64,000 bases of DNA. Source: a virus. Shown piece after piece: positions 37,423-47,223 of this stretch; the first letter of the stretch is position 1; each line of letters begins with the position of its first letter. The notes under the pieces were generated by a model. The model saw only the letters and a list, made by a program, of their open reading frames with translations, had not been told where the DNA came from and searched no databases. The translations under genes were made by a program, and so were the position numbers. The stretch covers positions 29,353 to 93,352 of the IMG/VR virus record IMGVR_UViG_3300026521_000463; one strand, written 5' to 3'.

Positions 37423-38106
37423 TTAAAATAAAATTCCTTCTTCTGATATATTTTGATATTTTATGTATGAATAATCATTAAGATATTTTTCTTGTTTTTC
37501 TTTTTCAACTTTTCTTGCTGTAATTTCATTCCTTGCTCCTGTAAAAGCGAAGGTTGATAACAATGTAAATCCGCCTGAAATTTTACCACTTTGCCAATCA
37601 AATAAATCTACCTTAGGAACATAAAATATAACTTCATCTTCAGGATTTATATCACATTTCAATTTATTGTAAAAAGTTATTAAGTATCTATTTTCATCAA
37701 GTTTTTCGCAAGTTTTGACTGAATAAGTTCTGTTATGAATTTCAAGCATTTCATATTCTTTAAAACATCTATTCATAATTAACTTATTATCTTTTTGATT
37801 TCCTTTTTCAAGAACAAACTTACCTGATTCAACTTTTTTGAAATTATTTTTTACTCTATAAGGTTTGAATTTATACCAATTTGTAAGAAATAAATAAGTC
37901 CCTGAACTTCTCATTAAATCTTTAACCATTCCATAATAATTTTTGAAATTAGGTTTATTTAAAATTTTATCTTGAATTGTCATAAAAGCAACCGCTAATT
38001 CTTCTGAGACGACTTTTTTGTCTTTACCTTTATTGGCATCCATATCACGAAGAATTAAGGAAGTTACTTGTTTATCATCCATATACATTCTTTTCTGTTT
38101 TGCCAT
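37423..38106 (-). CDS. Late sigma factor (gp55-like) with an internal insertion
   Basis: YMDDKQV, VSEELAVAF..I...IL.KPNFKNYY..KD.M, and GFTLLSTFAF..ARNEI...K.EKEKQ parallel gp55. A gp33-like gene is also present. Confidence 0.65.
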   Translation of the reverse strand: MAKQKRMYMDDKQVTSLILRDMDANKGKDKKVVSEELAVAFMTIQDKILNKPNFKNYYGMVKDLMRSSGTYLFLTNWYKFKPYRVKNNFKKVESGKFVLEKGNQKDNKLIMNRCFKEYEMLEIHNRTYSVKTCEKLDENRYLITFYNKLKCDINPEDEVIFYVPKVDLFDWQSGKISGGFTLLSTFAFTGARNEITARKVEKEKQEKYLNDYSYIKYQNISEEGILF

Positions 38107-38162
38107 TTTTATTCCTTTTTTATTTTATAATTATAATATAAATTTAAAAATAAATTAACTTT

Positions 38163-38735
38163 TTATTTAGGGGGACTTATTTTTTCATCAAGTTGATATC
38201 CAACTACTTGAAAATCAATTGAAAATGTTTGATTTCCTGAACTCCCATAACTATTAACCCATTTAGGTAATGATTTTGGATATAATGTAAAACTTCCTCC
38301 AAAAACTTTTTCTCCATCGGGAGTGTATCTATTTATTTCTAATTCAATTGAATACTTATGCAAATTACCTGGCGCTATACCTGTAAATTTTCTTAAATTA
38401 GAATCGGTAACTATTTTATTAAGTGTTTGATAGATTTTTCCGTCTTCAACTTCAATAAATGTAATTGAAACTTCTTTAGGAGGTTTCCAAGATTTCGGAT
38501 ATTCGATAGCAAAAAAATCAAAATACTGAACAGAACTATAATCAATTGAACCCTCATCAATTGATATTTCTTCAATTAACATAAATTCATTACCTGCTGA
38601 ACCTACAAGATTTAAATCATTGGCATCAATTGATAGGTTTTCCCCGACACTAACTATTCTTGCATAGAAAGTGTCGGTTCTAGCAGGAGGTTTATAAATG
38701 GATTTGACATTTATGTATTTTGTAAAATCACCCAT
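38163..38735 (-). CDS. Tail-tube-fold protein (tube initiator/baseplate hub, gp54/gp48-like)
   Basis: Adjacent to the tube gene. VSITFIE.ED, and LYPKSL...SYG.SG...FSIDF. Confidence 0.55.
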   Translation of the reverse strand: MGDFTKYINVKSIYKPPARTDTFYARIVSVGENLSIDANDLNLVGSAGNEFMLIEEISIDEGSIDYSSVQYFDFFAIEYPKSWKPPKEVSITFIEVEDGKIYQTLNKIVTDSNLRKFTGIAPGNLHKYSIELEINRYTPDGEKVFGGSFTLYPKSLPKWVNSYGSSGNQTFSIDFQVVGYQLDEKISPPK

Positions 38736-38752
38736 TTAAAACTCCTTTATTT

Positions 38753-39325
38753 TTACCAATTACCTGATGCTTTACCTTTATCTTCAAAATAAGAGAAATC
38801 AGCATTGAATGTATATTGTAATGGCGCAACTTCTTGCCCTAATTCCATAGAATAAGACATTGTTAAAAGACAATTATCAAATGTCCAGGTTCTCCAAACT
38901 GTATTTCCGTCATTATCATAAAGATTTACTGTTATTGTATATCTTGAAGGCGAATATGAAGTGTTTCTAACACCATCGGCATCTTTTGCTTCTCCACCTT
39001 TAAAATAACCACTCATTAAACTTCTATAAAATTCAGTAACTTTCCCGTCTTCGTCTTCAAATACTGTCCAAGTAAGAGTTCCATTTTTTGCGATTTTTCC
39101 AGGAAATGTAAAATGATAACCCATAACATCTATTTCAACTTTTTCCATTTCAATTTCGCCAGGAATACCACTTATTGAGTCCGTAACAAATTTTACTTTA
39201 TCAGATATTGAAGTTTCCGCTAAACCTTTGTCGGCAAGTTTTATTTCAATTTCCCAGAATTGATTTGTTTTAACAACTCCAACATTTTCCTTAACATTAT
39301 TATATTTTCTAACTTCTAATGCCAT
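38753..39325 (-). CDS. Tail tube protein (gp19-like)
   Basis: FPGK...GTLTWTVFEDED, VNLYDNDG...RTWTF. Directly downstream of the sheath gene. Confidence 0.8.
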   Translation of the reverse strand: MALEVRKYNNVKENVGVVKTNQFWEIEIKLADKGLAETSISDKVKFVTDSISGIPGEIEMEKVEIDVMGYHFTFPGKIAKNGTLTWTVFEDEDGKVTEFYRSLMSGYFKGGEAKDADGVRNTSYSPSRYTITVNLYDNDGNTVWRTWTFDNCLLTMSYSMELGQEVAPLQYTFNADFSYFEDKGKASGNW

Positions 39326-39355
39326 TTATTTTTCCTTTATAAAGTCAATTACGGA

Positions 39356-41968
39356 TTATACCGTAATTGCTAAACTTTTATTGAATACTGCTAGAGTAAC
39401 TTTTATTTCATTTATGTCCATAGTAGGTTGAATTCCTAAGAAAATAGGTAACTTTCTGTTATCAATATCAAAATCTGTAGGACTAACAACACATTTGAAG
39501 TCATAAACTCCGCCTTTTGCTTTAATTGAATTACTCATAAAATTATCAATCGTTGTTTTAATTCTGCTCCAAGTTGCAGGATTATTGTAATTGAATAATT
39601 CATATTTTAAGTAACTTTCTAAACCATATCTAATTGCCATTAACAAGAATGCTACACTTCTAAGTTGTAACGGCGACGGTTTAGCATACATTGTTCTGTT
39701 ACCCCAAATAATTAAACCTTGTCCTTGTTTATAAATTATCGGATTGATTCTATTATCTACAACTACATCAAGTTCTCCATCGCTAAATTGATGTTTAATT
39801 TCAAGTCCTAAAACTTTACCTCTAACTAAACCTGCTGCAGGAGTAAATAAACTATAATTTCTATGAACGAAGTTTTGACTAATTGCCCCATAAGTTGAAG
39901 GTGCCGTCCATACATATTCTTTATTATAAGGACAGTATTGTTTTACCCATCCTGTAAATAATGAACCTAAATGTGAATTTATCATCAATTTATTAGCATA
40001 TTCACCTGTCGCTGTTAAAGCATCAGCACTTTCTTCAGCACTTGGGTCCATACTCCAATAACAATGTGTGTTATTTTCACCTTGAGCATTTGCTACTCTT
40101 AACATTTCTTGAGCATAAGCAGGAATAGTGTAACCACCATCTAATAATAATTGCACAGGTGTTTCAGTGTTATTGCTTAACTTTCTCAATGCCATAATCA
40201 TATCTGCTAAACTTACAGGACTACCATCATCTGCTTTATCCATAAAATTTACACCAGCATCTAAAACTACACCATTTGAAGTCCCGATAGCAACATAATC
40301 TCCGATATGCTCACCTGTTAAAGGATAACTTAGAATTGTGTATGGGTAATATTGGTAACCATCTACAATATGATTATCAACATCAGTTAAATCTTTTTGC
40401 CATTTATAAACAATCCAACCTTTTTCATTAGCATCATCGTAAGAATAATCTCTTTGAATAGGTCTGTCTAAAAATACTTGATTATTGTCTGAATCGATAT
40501 CTTCAATTGTATATAATTCATATAAATCTGTCCCATAAACAACATCGCTTGTTTCATAATTTGGAGCAAATTTAATAGTATCTCCGATATCTAATCCGTC
40601 TGTATCATTTAAGAAAACTTCAATATCACCTACGAATAAATCTTCTTTTGTTTCAAGTTTATCCCCATCGTCATTTTTAGCAGGATAAAAAATCATATCT
40701 TTATTTTTTCTCCAAACTGAATAATCAGTAGGTTTCGGATTTAAAACTTTCCCATCAACAGTTTTAGCAAAAATGTTATCTTTTACTTGAATGTATTCAG
40801 AAAAACCATTAACAACTGTCTCAATATATAATTTCTTTCCAAATCCATCAACAAATTCTCTATCTTTTGAAACTAACCATCTTTCTACTTCTGCACCATC
40901 TTCATAAACTACAAGATAAAATGCTTTCATATCAGGGTAATCTTTAGATTTTTCAATCCCTATTTCAAGTGAATTATTCCATACACCTGGATTCACACCT
41001 GTTACCATAAATGAATACATTTGTTCCCAAATTGAAACTTTTGTAATTTTATAAATAGTATCAGAACTTGCTACTGTTACAGGTTGTTTAGTTGTAACAA
41101 AATATAAATCTATTTGGTCTCTGAATTTTTGAATTGCTGTATCATCAGTTTCTTCGTCATCGTCATCAAGAACAACGATTTCGTCCCCGTCGTGGAATTC
41201 ATCAGCATTATCAACTATAATAAATGGTGCTTCATCTCCGTCTATTAAAACAATTGCTGTAGCATCATTTGATTTATTTTTAACCTTAGTTCCTTTTTTA
41301 ACAGTTAAAGTCGTTTGATTACCATCACTATCTTCATCAAAAACAATTCTGTCAAATTTGTGAGCACCAGGTTTAACATCTAAAACTTCAACTATTTTGA
41401 AACCTTCTTCATCAACATCGTAATCTGTAATTTCAGCATAATCATCTTTATCAGAAATAACAATTTTTTGACCTGCTGCGATATTTTTAGGTTCTCCACT
41501 TAAAACAAATTCATATGAATTTATTGAAGTTGCTCCAGGTTTGTCAAGTTCTTTTTCAACTTGAACTAATTTTTCTTTTTGGATGAAATTGTAACTATCA
41601 AATTCATCTTGTGTCAATCCTTCTTCAAAAGGTTCAACCACTTTCTTAACATCGTCGTCATATTCAGGACCTATATTAAAGTTACCACCTCTAACAAGAA
41701 CACCACCATATTTTATATCATCTGCTGCTGCTCTAACAGTCCAAACTTTATCAGTTGATTTTAAAATATGAACGGCACTTTGATTTTCAGGGTATCTTAA
41801 ATCAGGTGTTCCATAAACATTGATATATTGACCTTCAGAAGTCATAAGTCTTGGCACATTTACAGGCCCTTTTTTGCTTCTTACTACAATACCAGCAAAA
41901 ATACCTGATAATCCTTGGATTACGGCACTTCTATCTTGTGTAGCAAATACAACTTTTGCTGCTCCCAT
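39356..41968 (-). CDS. Tail sheath protein (gp18-like) with insertion domains
   Basis: KGPVNVPRL, NPGVWNN, PAAGLVRG, INPI....GQG..IWGNRT, LFNYN. Confidence 0.92.
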   Translation of the reverse strand: MGAAKVVFATQDRSAVIQGLSGIFAGIVVRSKKGPVNVPRLMTSEGQYINVYGTPDLRYPENQSAVHILKSTDKVWTVRAAADDIKYGGVLVRGGNFNIGPEYDDDVKKVVEPFEEGLTQDEFDSYNFIQKEKLVQVEKELDKPGATSINSYEFVLSGEPKNIAAGQKIVISDKDDYAEITDYDVDEEGFKIVEVLDVKPGAHKFDRIVFDEDSDGNQTTLTVKKGTKVKNKSNDATAIVLIDGDEAPFIIVDNADEFHDGDEIVVLDDDDEETDDTAIQKFRDQIDLYFVTTKQPVTVASSDTIYKITKVSIWEQMYSFMVTGVNPGVWNNSLEIGIEKSKDYPDMKAFYLVVYEDGAEVERWLVSKDREFVDGFGKKLYIETVVNGFSEYIQVKDNIFAKTVDGKVLNPKPTDYSVWRKNKDMIFYPAKNDDGDKLETKEDLFVGDIEVFLNDTDGLDIGDTIKFAPNYETSDVVYGTDLYELYTIEDIDSDNNQVFLDRPIQRDYSYDDANEKGWIVYKWQKDLTDVDNHIVDGYQYYPYTILSYPLTGEHIGDYVAIGTSNGVVLDAGVNFMDKADDGSPVSLADMIMALRKLSNNTETPVQLLLDGGYTIPAYAQEMLRVANAQGENNTHCYWSMDPSAEESADALTATGEYANKLMINSHLGSLFTGWVKQYCPYNKEYVWTAPSTYGAISQNFVHRNYSLFTPAAGLVRGKVLGLEIKHQFSDGELDVVVDNRINPIIYKQGQGLIIWGNRTMYAKPSPLQLRSVAFLLMAIRYGLESYLKYELFNYNNPATWSRIKTTIDNFMSNSIKAKGGVYDFKCVVSPTDFDIDNRKLPIFLGIQPTMDINEIKVTLAVFNKSLAITV

Positions 41969-41992
41969 TTAATTTCCTTTAAACTTTATTTT

Positions 41993-42181
41993 TTAACCTA
42001 AAACATTCATTTGAGCACCTTTTGGTAACTCTTGTGAAATTTTGATTATTTGATTCTCATCTACATCTAAAACAATTCTTTCTTTGATACCTATTAAGAA
42101 TATATCTTTATGAGCATTTTGCCCTTTCGTATCAACCATAAATTGTCTTTCACTACCATTGTAAATTTCAATTTTAACCAT
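41993..42181 (-). CDS. Small hypothetical late protein
   Basis: TTAAATA at 42199-42205. Confidence 0.55.
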   Translation of the reverse strand: MVKIEIYNGSERQFMVDTKGQNAHKDIFLIGIKERIVLDVDENQIIKISQELPKGAQMNVLG

Positions 42182-42201
42182 TTTATACTTTCCTTTTATA
42201 T

Positions 42202-42987
42202 TTAAGTATTTATATTATTTAAACTCTCACAACTCTCTTCTATTATAAGATTTGTATCTTGATTGACATCACAAATTTCTCTGCACGCCAATGTAGATTC
42301 ATTATATAAAGTTATATCTTCTAAATCCATTGATTTATCAAGAACATTAACTTTTAAATCAACCACTTCAATTTTATTATTTGCTAATTCATAAAATGGA
42401 CTAAAAAATACACCGTCAATTTTAACTGAAAATTCTATAAGTGTCATACTCCCATATGAAGCAATGTCTATATATTCAATAGATTCTATATTTTCATAAT
42501 GGGTATTATAATTTATAGGAACCTCAACTTTTTCATCTATAATATAATTTATTTCAATAGGAGGATTAACACCACTAAATTCTAAATTAAAAAGTAATTC
42601 AATCAAATAAATAACTTTACTTTCTGAGGCAAAAAGTTGAAATGTGAAGTTTGTTTCTCCATAAAAAATTTGTCTTAAAGTTATTTCATCATCAACTTCT
42701 ATGTATTGTGTTCTTACAGGTGAACTCCAATTGTGTCCTTTTTCTTCAGATTTAACAATAGGGTCTCTTTTCCAAACACACAGACTTATATTATCGTTAT
42801 ATTCACCTATAAGTTCTTTAATGGCATCCGTAGTTTTTGTAGTATTTATTTTTGAAATTCTATCTTTCCTGAATTCTTCGATAAAATCCATTGAAGGACT
42901 ATATTTAAAAGGTATATCTAACCCCATTTTTTCAAGAAATAAAGTTTTAAAATAATTTATAACTCCTGCTTCAAATTCTTGTGTCAT
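42202..42987 (-). CDS. Putative tail terminator/neck protein
   Basis: Position between the head genes and the sheath. TTAAATA at 43008-43014. Confidence 0.45.
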   Translation of the reverse strand: MTQEFEAGVINYFKTLFLEKMGLDIPFKYSPSMDFIEEFRKDRISKINTTKTTDAIKELIGEYNDNISLCVWKRDPIVKSEEKGHNWSSPVRTQYIEVDDEITLRQIFYGETNFTFQLFASESKVIYLIELLFNLEFSGVNPPIEINYIIDEKVEVPINYNTHYENIESIEYIDIASYGSMTLIEFSVKIDGVFFSPFYELANNKIEVVDLKVNVLDKSMDLEDITLYNESTLACREICDVNQDTNLIIEESCESLNNINT

Positions 42988-43014
42988 TTTTGTCCTTGTT
43001 TTAAAATTATTTAA

Positions 43015-43638
43015 TTATAATAAATCAATTGCTTTACTCCAACCTGTATTTCCTCCAGATTTAAGTGCTTCCATAACATTATCAAACATTTCTTTACCCT
43101 CATCTCTTAAATCTGTTATATCAAAAGGTAATTCCGATAAAGCAAAATCGTTTCTGTTATGACCTATATAAATATACGATAAAGCAGTTATTAAATCTAA
43201 AAATAAAGTATCATCATAATTTATATCTTCAAGAACAGGATTACATAAAAATTCTATATAATAAGTAGAACTTGCATCAAAATTTGAAAATGAAGTATTT
43301 AAAATTTTTCTTGTTTTATCAAATTCCCATCTCCACATAACTTTTAAATCATCACGAACATCAGCAGGATAAGTTCTAAAATTACTATAAAAAATACCTG
43401 AAATGTTTTGCACCGTTCTTTCAATTCCTAACTCATCAACCATTGTATTAAATTTCATATAAGTTGATGAAATTAAAACAGGCGCTAAAATAGTTACAGG
43501 ATTATATTTACCATAAATACCAAATGCTCTTTTTAATAAACCATCTAAAATAGGCTCTTTAATTTCAAAATTTTCAAGTCCTACAAAATACTGATTTGTA
43601 TTAACTAATATATAATCCATTAACTCCGTTTTTGTCAT
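43015..43638 (-). CDS. Putative head-tail adaptor (neck) protein
   Basis: Position, and C-terminal IGHNR.DF.L..LPF.ITDLRDEG pattern. Confidence 0.5.
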   Translation of the reverse strand: MTKTELMDYILVNTNQYFVGLENFEIKEPILDGLLKRAFGIYGKYNPVTILAPVLISSTYMKFNTMVDELGIERTVQNISGIFYSNFRTYPADVRDDLKVMWRWEFDKTRKILNTSFSNFDASSTYYIEFLCNPVLEDINYDDTLFLDLITALSYIYIGHNRNDFALSELPFDITDLRDEGKEMFDNVMEALKSGGNTGWSKAIDLL

Positions 43639-43674
43639 GTGTATCCTTTTTTTAAATTAACAAAAGAGAAAAAC

Positions 43675-44628
43675 TTAAATAAGTTTCCCTGCTAATGTTC
43701 CTGATTTGTTTTCAGTAATTGCTTTTGAACCTTCATCTTCTAAAAGTTTTTCAGCAAGACTTTTTTTAGTTTCACCTTCATTAACTTCTTCTTCTTTAGG
43801 TTCGTCTTTAACTTCACCTTCAGATTCTACAACTTTTTCAATTTTTGTTTTTCCACCTAAAAGTTTTTCAGCAAGACTTGATTTAGTTGATTGAGTTTCG
43901 TCATTTTCAACGATTTCTTTTGAATCTTCATTTAAACTTTCTTTAATTTTTTCAATCATTTTTTCTTCAACTAATGCCATTTCACTTTCTTTAATAATAT
44001 AAAATTCTTCTTTATTTTTCATTGCTTCTGTCAATTCAGCAAATTTATCTTCACCTAATGCTTCAGCAAGTTTTTCATCATATTTTTCAACCATTTTATC
44101 TTCAACTTCTTTAAGTTGTGATTCTTTGATTACAAAAATTTCTTCATTATTTTCAATTGCTTCTTTGATAATTGAGAATTTTTCACCTAATGCTTCTTCA
44201 TATTTAGCATCAATTTCTTCAACCATTTTATCTTCAACTTCTTTAAGTTGTGATTCTTTGATAACGAATGCTCTTTCTTTTGATTTTAATAATTCTGAAA
44301 CTTGTGCCTCACTCATTCCGAATTTTTCTTTTAAAACTTCAATTTGAGTTTCAGCATATTTTTCTAAAAGTTTATTTTCAACTTCTTCAATTTTTGATTC
44401 TTTAATTACAAATGCTGTTTCAACTTCATCTTCTGTAAGGCCCCATTTTTCAAGTAACTCTGCTCTTGCTTTTTTAACTTCATTTTCAATAATTGTTTTG
44501 AATTCTTCTTCTTTTAAAACAACATTTTCCATTAAAATGCTCTCAAATGCTTGAGCATATGCCTCTTTTTGAATTGAAGCAATTTTTTCTTCAATTTTTT
44601 TACTTTCTCTTAAATCTTTGATTGCCAT
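43675..44628 (-). CDS. Glu/Lys-rich repeat protein, likely prohead core/scaffold
   Basis: Four to five F(V/Y)IKES...VE.K repeats. C-terminal SLAEKL motifs shared with the protease. Confidence 0.6.
   Translation of the reverse strand: MAIKDLRESKKIEEKIASIQKEAYAQAFESILMENVVLKEEEFKTIIENEVKKARAELLEKWGLTEDEVETAFVIKESKIEEVENKLLEKYAETQIEVLKEKFGMSEAQVSELLKSKERAFVIKESQLKEVEDKMVEEIDAKYEEALGEKFSIIKEAIENNEEIFVIKESQLKEVEDKMVEKYDEKLAEALGEDKFAELTEAMKNKEEFYIIKESEMALVEEKMIEKIKESLNEDSKEIVENDETQSTKSSLAEKLLGGKTKIEKVVESEGEVKDEPKEEEVNEGETKKSLAEKLLEDEGSKAITENKSGTLAGKLI
44086..44262. repeat. Exact 45-bp direct repeat (44086-44130 and 44218-44262)
   Basis: ttcaaccattttatcttcaacttctttaagttgtgattctttgat occurs twice, 132 bp apart. 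Confidence 0.85.
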
Positions 44629-44631
44629 TTA

Positions 44632-45237
44632 TTATCCTTTAAATCTTATTGTTATAACTTCATCAGTAACTTCTACATCACAACTTGCGAATATAGTATT
44701 TTCATTATTTTTAATAAATTCTAAAATATCTTCGCTAAATGGAATTTCAATTGTATCATCAGCAACAATGCTAATTTCTACTGAACCATTTGTTTCTTTA
44801 TCTATTAAAGCAGCGATGCTTTCAATATCATCAATAGTTTCATTTCTTGCCCCATCAGTAGGAACTTCACCTAAATCGTCAGCACTACCATCAGCATCTT
44901 CTGTGAAACTATTATCAACATCCACTAAAAATATATCTTGAAGTAATAATGCCCACTCATCAATAATAACTAATTCACCTAATTTATAAAATGGTGCTAA
45001 AAGCATTTTTAATTTTTGAGAATTGTAATTTTTACTTCTAACAATTGTTCCACTATCATTTACTTCTAAATCTTCAGGTTTAACACCAAATTTTGATAAT
45101 AAAACTTTAATTTCTTCAACATCAACATCCGCAGCACCATCTGCTCTTTTAATAATTAACCCTTCAGGTATTTCTTTTAAAACTAATGTAGAATCTGCCT
45201 CTACAAGTTTTTTAATATCATTAAAATTTAATTTCAT
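44632..45237 (-). CDS. Hypothetical acidic head-module protein
   Basis: Operonic ORF downstream of the capsid gene. Confidence 0.6.
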   Translation of the reverse strand: MKLNFNDIKKLVEADSTLVLKEIPEGLIIKRADGAADVDVEEIKVLLSKFGVKPEDLEVNDSGTIVRSKNYNSQKLKMLLAPFYKLGELVIIDEWALLLQDIFLVDVDNSFTEDADGSADDLGEVPTDGARNETIDDIESIAALIDKETNGSVEISIVADDTIEIPFSEDILEFIKNNENTIFASCDVEVTDEVITIRFKG

Positions 45238-45563
45238 TCTGTTTCCTTTTTAGGTTTTCTTCCTCTTCTTTTAGGTTGAGTTTTTTTATCTTCTTGTTTA
45301 GTTTCGTCTTTTACAGACTCAACTTTTGTTTCTATTACAGGTTCTTTTACCTCAACTTTTTCAACTTTTGTTTCTTCAAAAATTGTTTTTTTAGGTTGAG
45401 TTTTTTTAATATCTTCAGGATTTATTTTTTTAATTTCTGAAGGTATAAATCTAACTAATTTCTCATCAATTTGAACCTGACTTAAAGGCCCAATTTGTAA
45501 ATGTGTATAATCTTTTTTAAGAACACTAATAATTTTTTTAGTTTCATTTTTTAAAATTATCAT
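45234..45563 (-). CDS. Hypothetical protein with a Lys/Glu-rich tail
   Basis: C-terminal PKRRGRKPKK. TTAAATA at 45589-45595. Confidence 0.6.
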   Translation of the reverse strand: MIILKNETKKIISVLKKDYTHLQIGPLSQVQIDEKLVRFIPSEIKKINPEDIKKTQPKKTIFEETKVEKVEVKEPVIETKVESVKDETKQEDKKTQPKRRGRKPKKETE

Positions 45564-45637
45564 AATTTTCCTTTATAACTTTTACTATTATTTAAAAAAT
45601 TTTTAATTATTTTTCTCGTTTTACTTTTTTCATGTGA

Positions 45638-45655
45638 AGTTCCCAAAAGGGAACC
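45638..45655 (-). terminator. Short hairpin after the capsid gene (terminator or 3' stabiliser)
   Basis: GGTTCCC-TTTT-GGGAACT. It lacks a clear U-tract. Confidence 0.45.
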
Positions 45656-45669
45656 AAAAATCAATTTAA

Positions 45670-47076
45670 TTAAATGTTAGCATTTAAAATTTTGATTTTT
45701 GTGCTTAAATTAGGCATAACTGATTTAATACCAACCATTGCTGCCGCTGCTTTTTGTGAATTTAACGGGTTATGGTCTTGTCCGCTGAATGTATCAGTTA
45801 CGAATAAAGGCATATACGGTGAATATACAACAGATGCTGTAAATACATCATCACCTTTACTAACTAAAATCATTTCATCGTTTGGCATTACAATACTTCT
45901 GATAATTGGTCTTCCATCAAGTGTTCCGTAGAAGTGTGTTCCTAATGCTGCTTTTACATCAGTCGCAGGCACAAATCCTGGTAATGCTCTTAAAAGTCCA
46001 GCAACAGTTGTTCCAACTACATAAACGATTTCTCCACCTAATCTACCACTTTGTTCTAAGATAGTGTTTTCTGCTTGTGCAATTTTAGCACTAAAACTTA
46101 AAAGGTGTTCCATATATGACACACCATCTGGCGCTTGTTTATCCCACTCTAATGTTCCTGGAGTATGTAAATATAACTCTCTGATTACATTTGTAGATAA
46201 GTTTGTAGTCAATTCAGTAACTAAATCTTTTGCTAAAACTTCTTCAGCATTGATATTGAATCTTCTACTCATTTCATATGATTTGAATAATCCGATTTCA
46301 GTTCTTAATCCATAAGTTCTTGCTGTAATTTCAGTTGAATCGAATTCAGTTTGAACTGTTTGTAATTCATTTAATTCTTCAAGGTTTGTCGCATAAGTTG
46401 TTTTGATTGCAACTCCGTCACCTGGTGCTGTATCAAATGAAACTTTTACTTCTCCATTAACATAATCAATTGAACCTTTTCCACCTACACCAATTAAATT
46501 TCCTTGTCCGTCATCTACAAGTTTAGTGTCAGGTTGGTCATCAACTGTAACTAAAATTGTTCTAACTCTCGCAGGAGCATATTTGATTACATAAGTGAAA
46601 TCTGTAGCACTTCCGTCACCTTTAGCATCTACTTCATTGTTAATCATTTCCCCAGCGAAGTCTTCTGCTAAACCAACTCTACCTTCTTGTGCTGATAATA
46701 AAGTTTGTCCGTCATTGATGTTACCTCTTGTAGTTTTAGAGATTACATTTTTAAACCATACAAGACCTTTTCTTTCATTGATAGGTTGAACTGATGCGAT
46801 TAAAGGCACTACTGAACTTGTCGCTGATGCCGCGATTACATCTAAACCAATTTTTGGTAAAACACCTAAATCATCTGCTGAACCATTTGCTTCTTTAAAT
46901 TGTCTCCAATTTTCAAATTGTGCTAATTGAGCACCTAATGCTGCTAAATCGAAATCTGAAACAGTGTTTCCTGCTTTTGATTTTACTGATTTTGCTTCGA
47001 ATAAATCAAAATACTCTTGATATTTTTTTTCATATTCACTTAAATTTTTAAGTGCTGATTCTGTCATACTGAACAT
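45670..47076 (-). CDS. Major capsid protein (HK97 fold, distant gp23-like)
   Basis: IASVQPI....GLVWF, ITARTYGLRT, FYGTLDGRPI, ASVVYSPYMPL. Located downstream of the protease. Confidence 0.88.
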   Translation of the reverse strand: MFSMTESALKNLSEYEKKYQEYFDLFEAKSVKSKAGNTVSDFDLAALGAQLAQFENWRQFKEANGSADDLGVLPKIGLDVIAASATSSVVPLIASVQPINERKGLVWFKNVISKTTRGNINDGQTLLSAQEGRVGLAEDFAGEMINNEVDAKGDGSATDFTYVIKYAPARVRTILVTVDDQPDTKLVDDGQGNLIGVGGKGSIDYVNGEVKVSFDTAPGDGVAIKTTYATNLEELNELQTVQTEFDSTEITARTYGLRTEIGLFKSYEMSRRFNINAEEVLAKDLVTELTTNLSTNVIRELYLHTPGTLEWDKQAPDGVSYMEHLLSFSAKIAQAENTILEQSGRLGGEIVYVVGTTVAGLLRALPGFVPATDVKAALGTHFYGTLDGRPIIRSIVMPNDEMILVSKGDDVFTASVVYSPYMPLFVTDTFSGQDHNPLNSQKAAAAMVGIKSVMPNLSTKIKILNANI

Positions 47077-47137
47077 AATTTAATTCCTTTTTTATAAGTT
47101 TTTGAGTTTGTTTTTAATATAATATAGTTTTGTTTTT

Positions 47138-47222
47138 GTAAGCATTTTGTGCTACCTACATTAAACACTTCAAACAACTTTTTTAATTGTCTCAAATGTT
47201 TAATGTAGGTCAAAATGCTTAC
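47138..47222 (-). other. Long imperfect RNA hairpin in the capsid mRNA leader
   Basis: GTAAGCATTTTG/CAAAATGCTTAC and ACCTACATTAAACA/TGTTTAATGTAGGT arms, plus an inner stem that uses G-U pairs on the minus strand. Confidence 0.75.
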
Positions 47223-47223
47223 A

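Noticed and set aside
37580-37860. gp55 insertion as a mini-intein
   Set aside because: It lacks an N-terminal Cys/Ser block A, a TxxH and a terminal HN.
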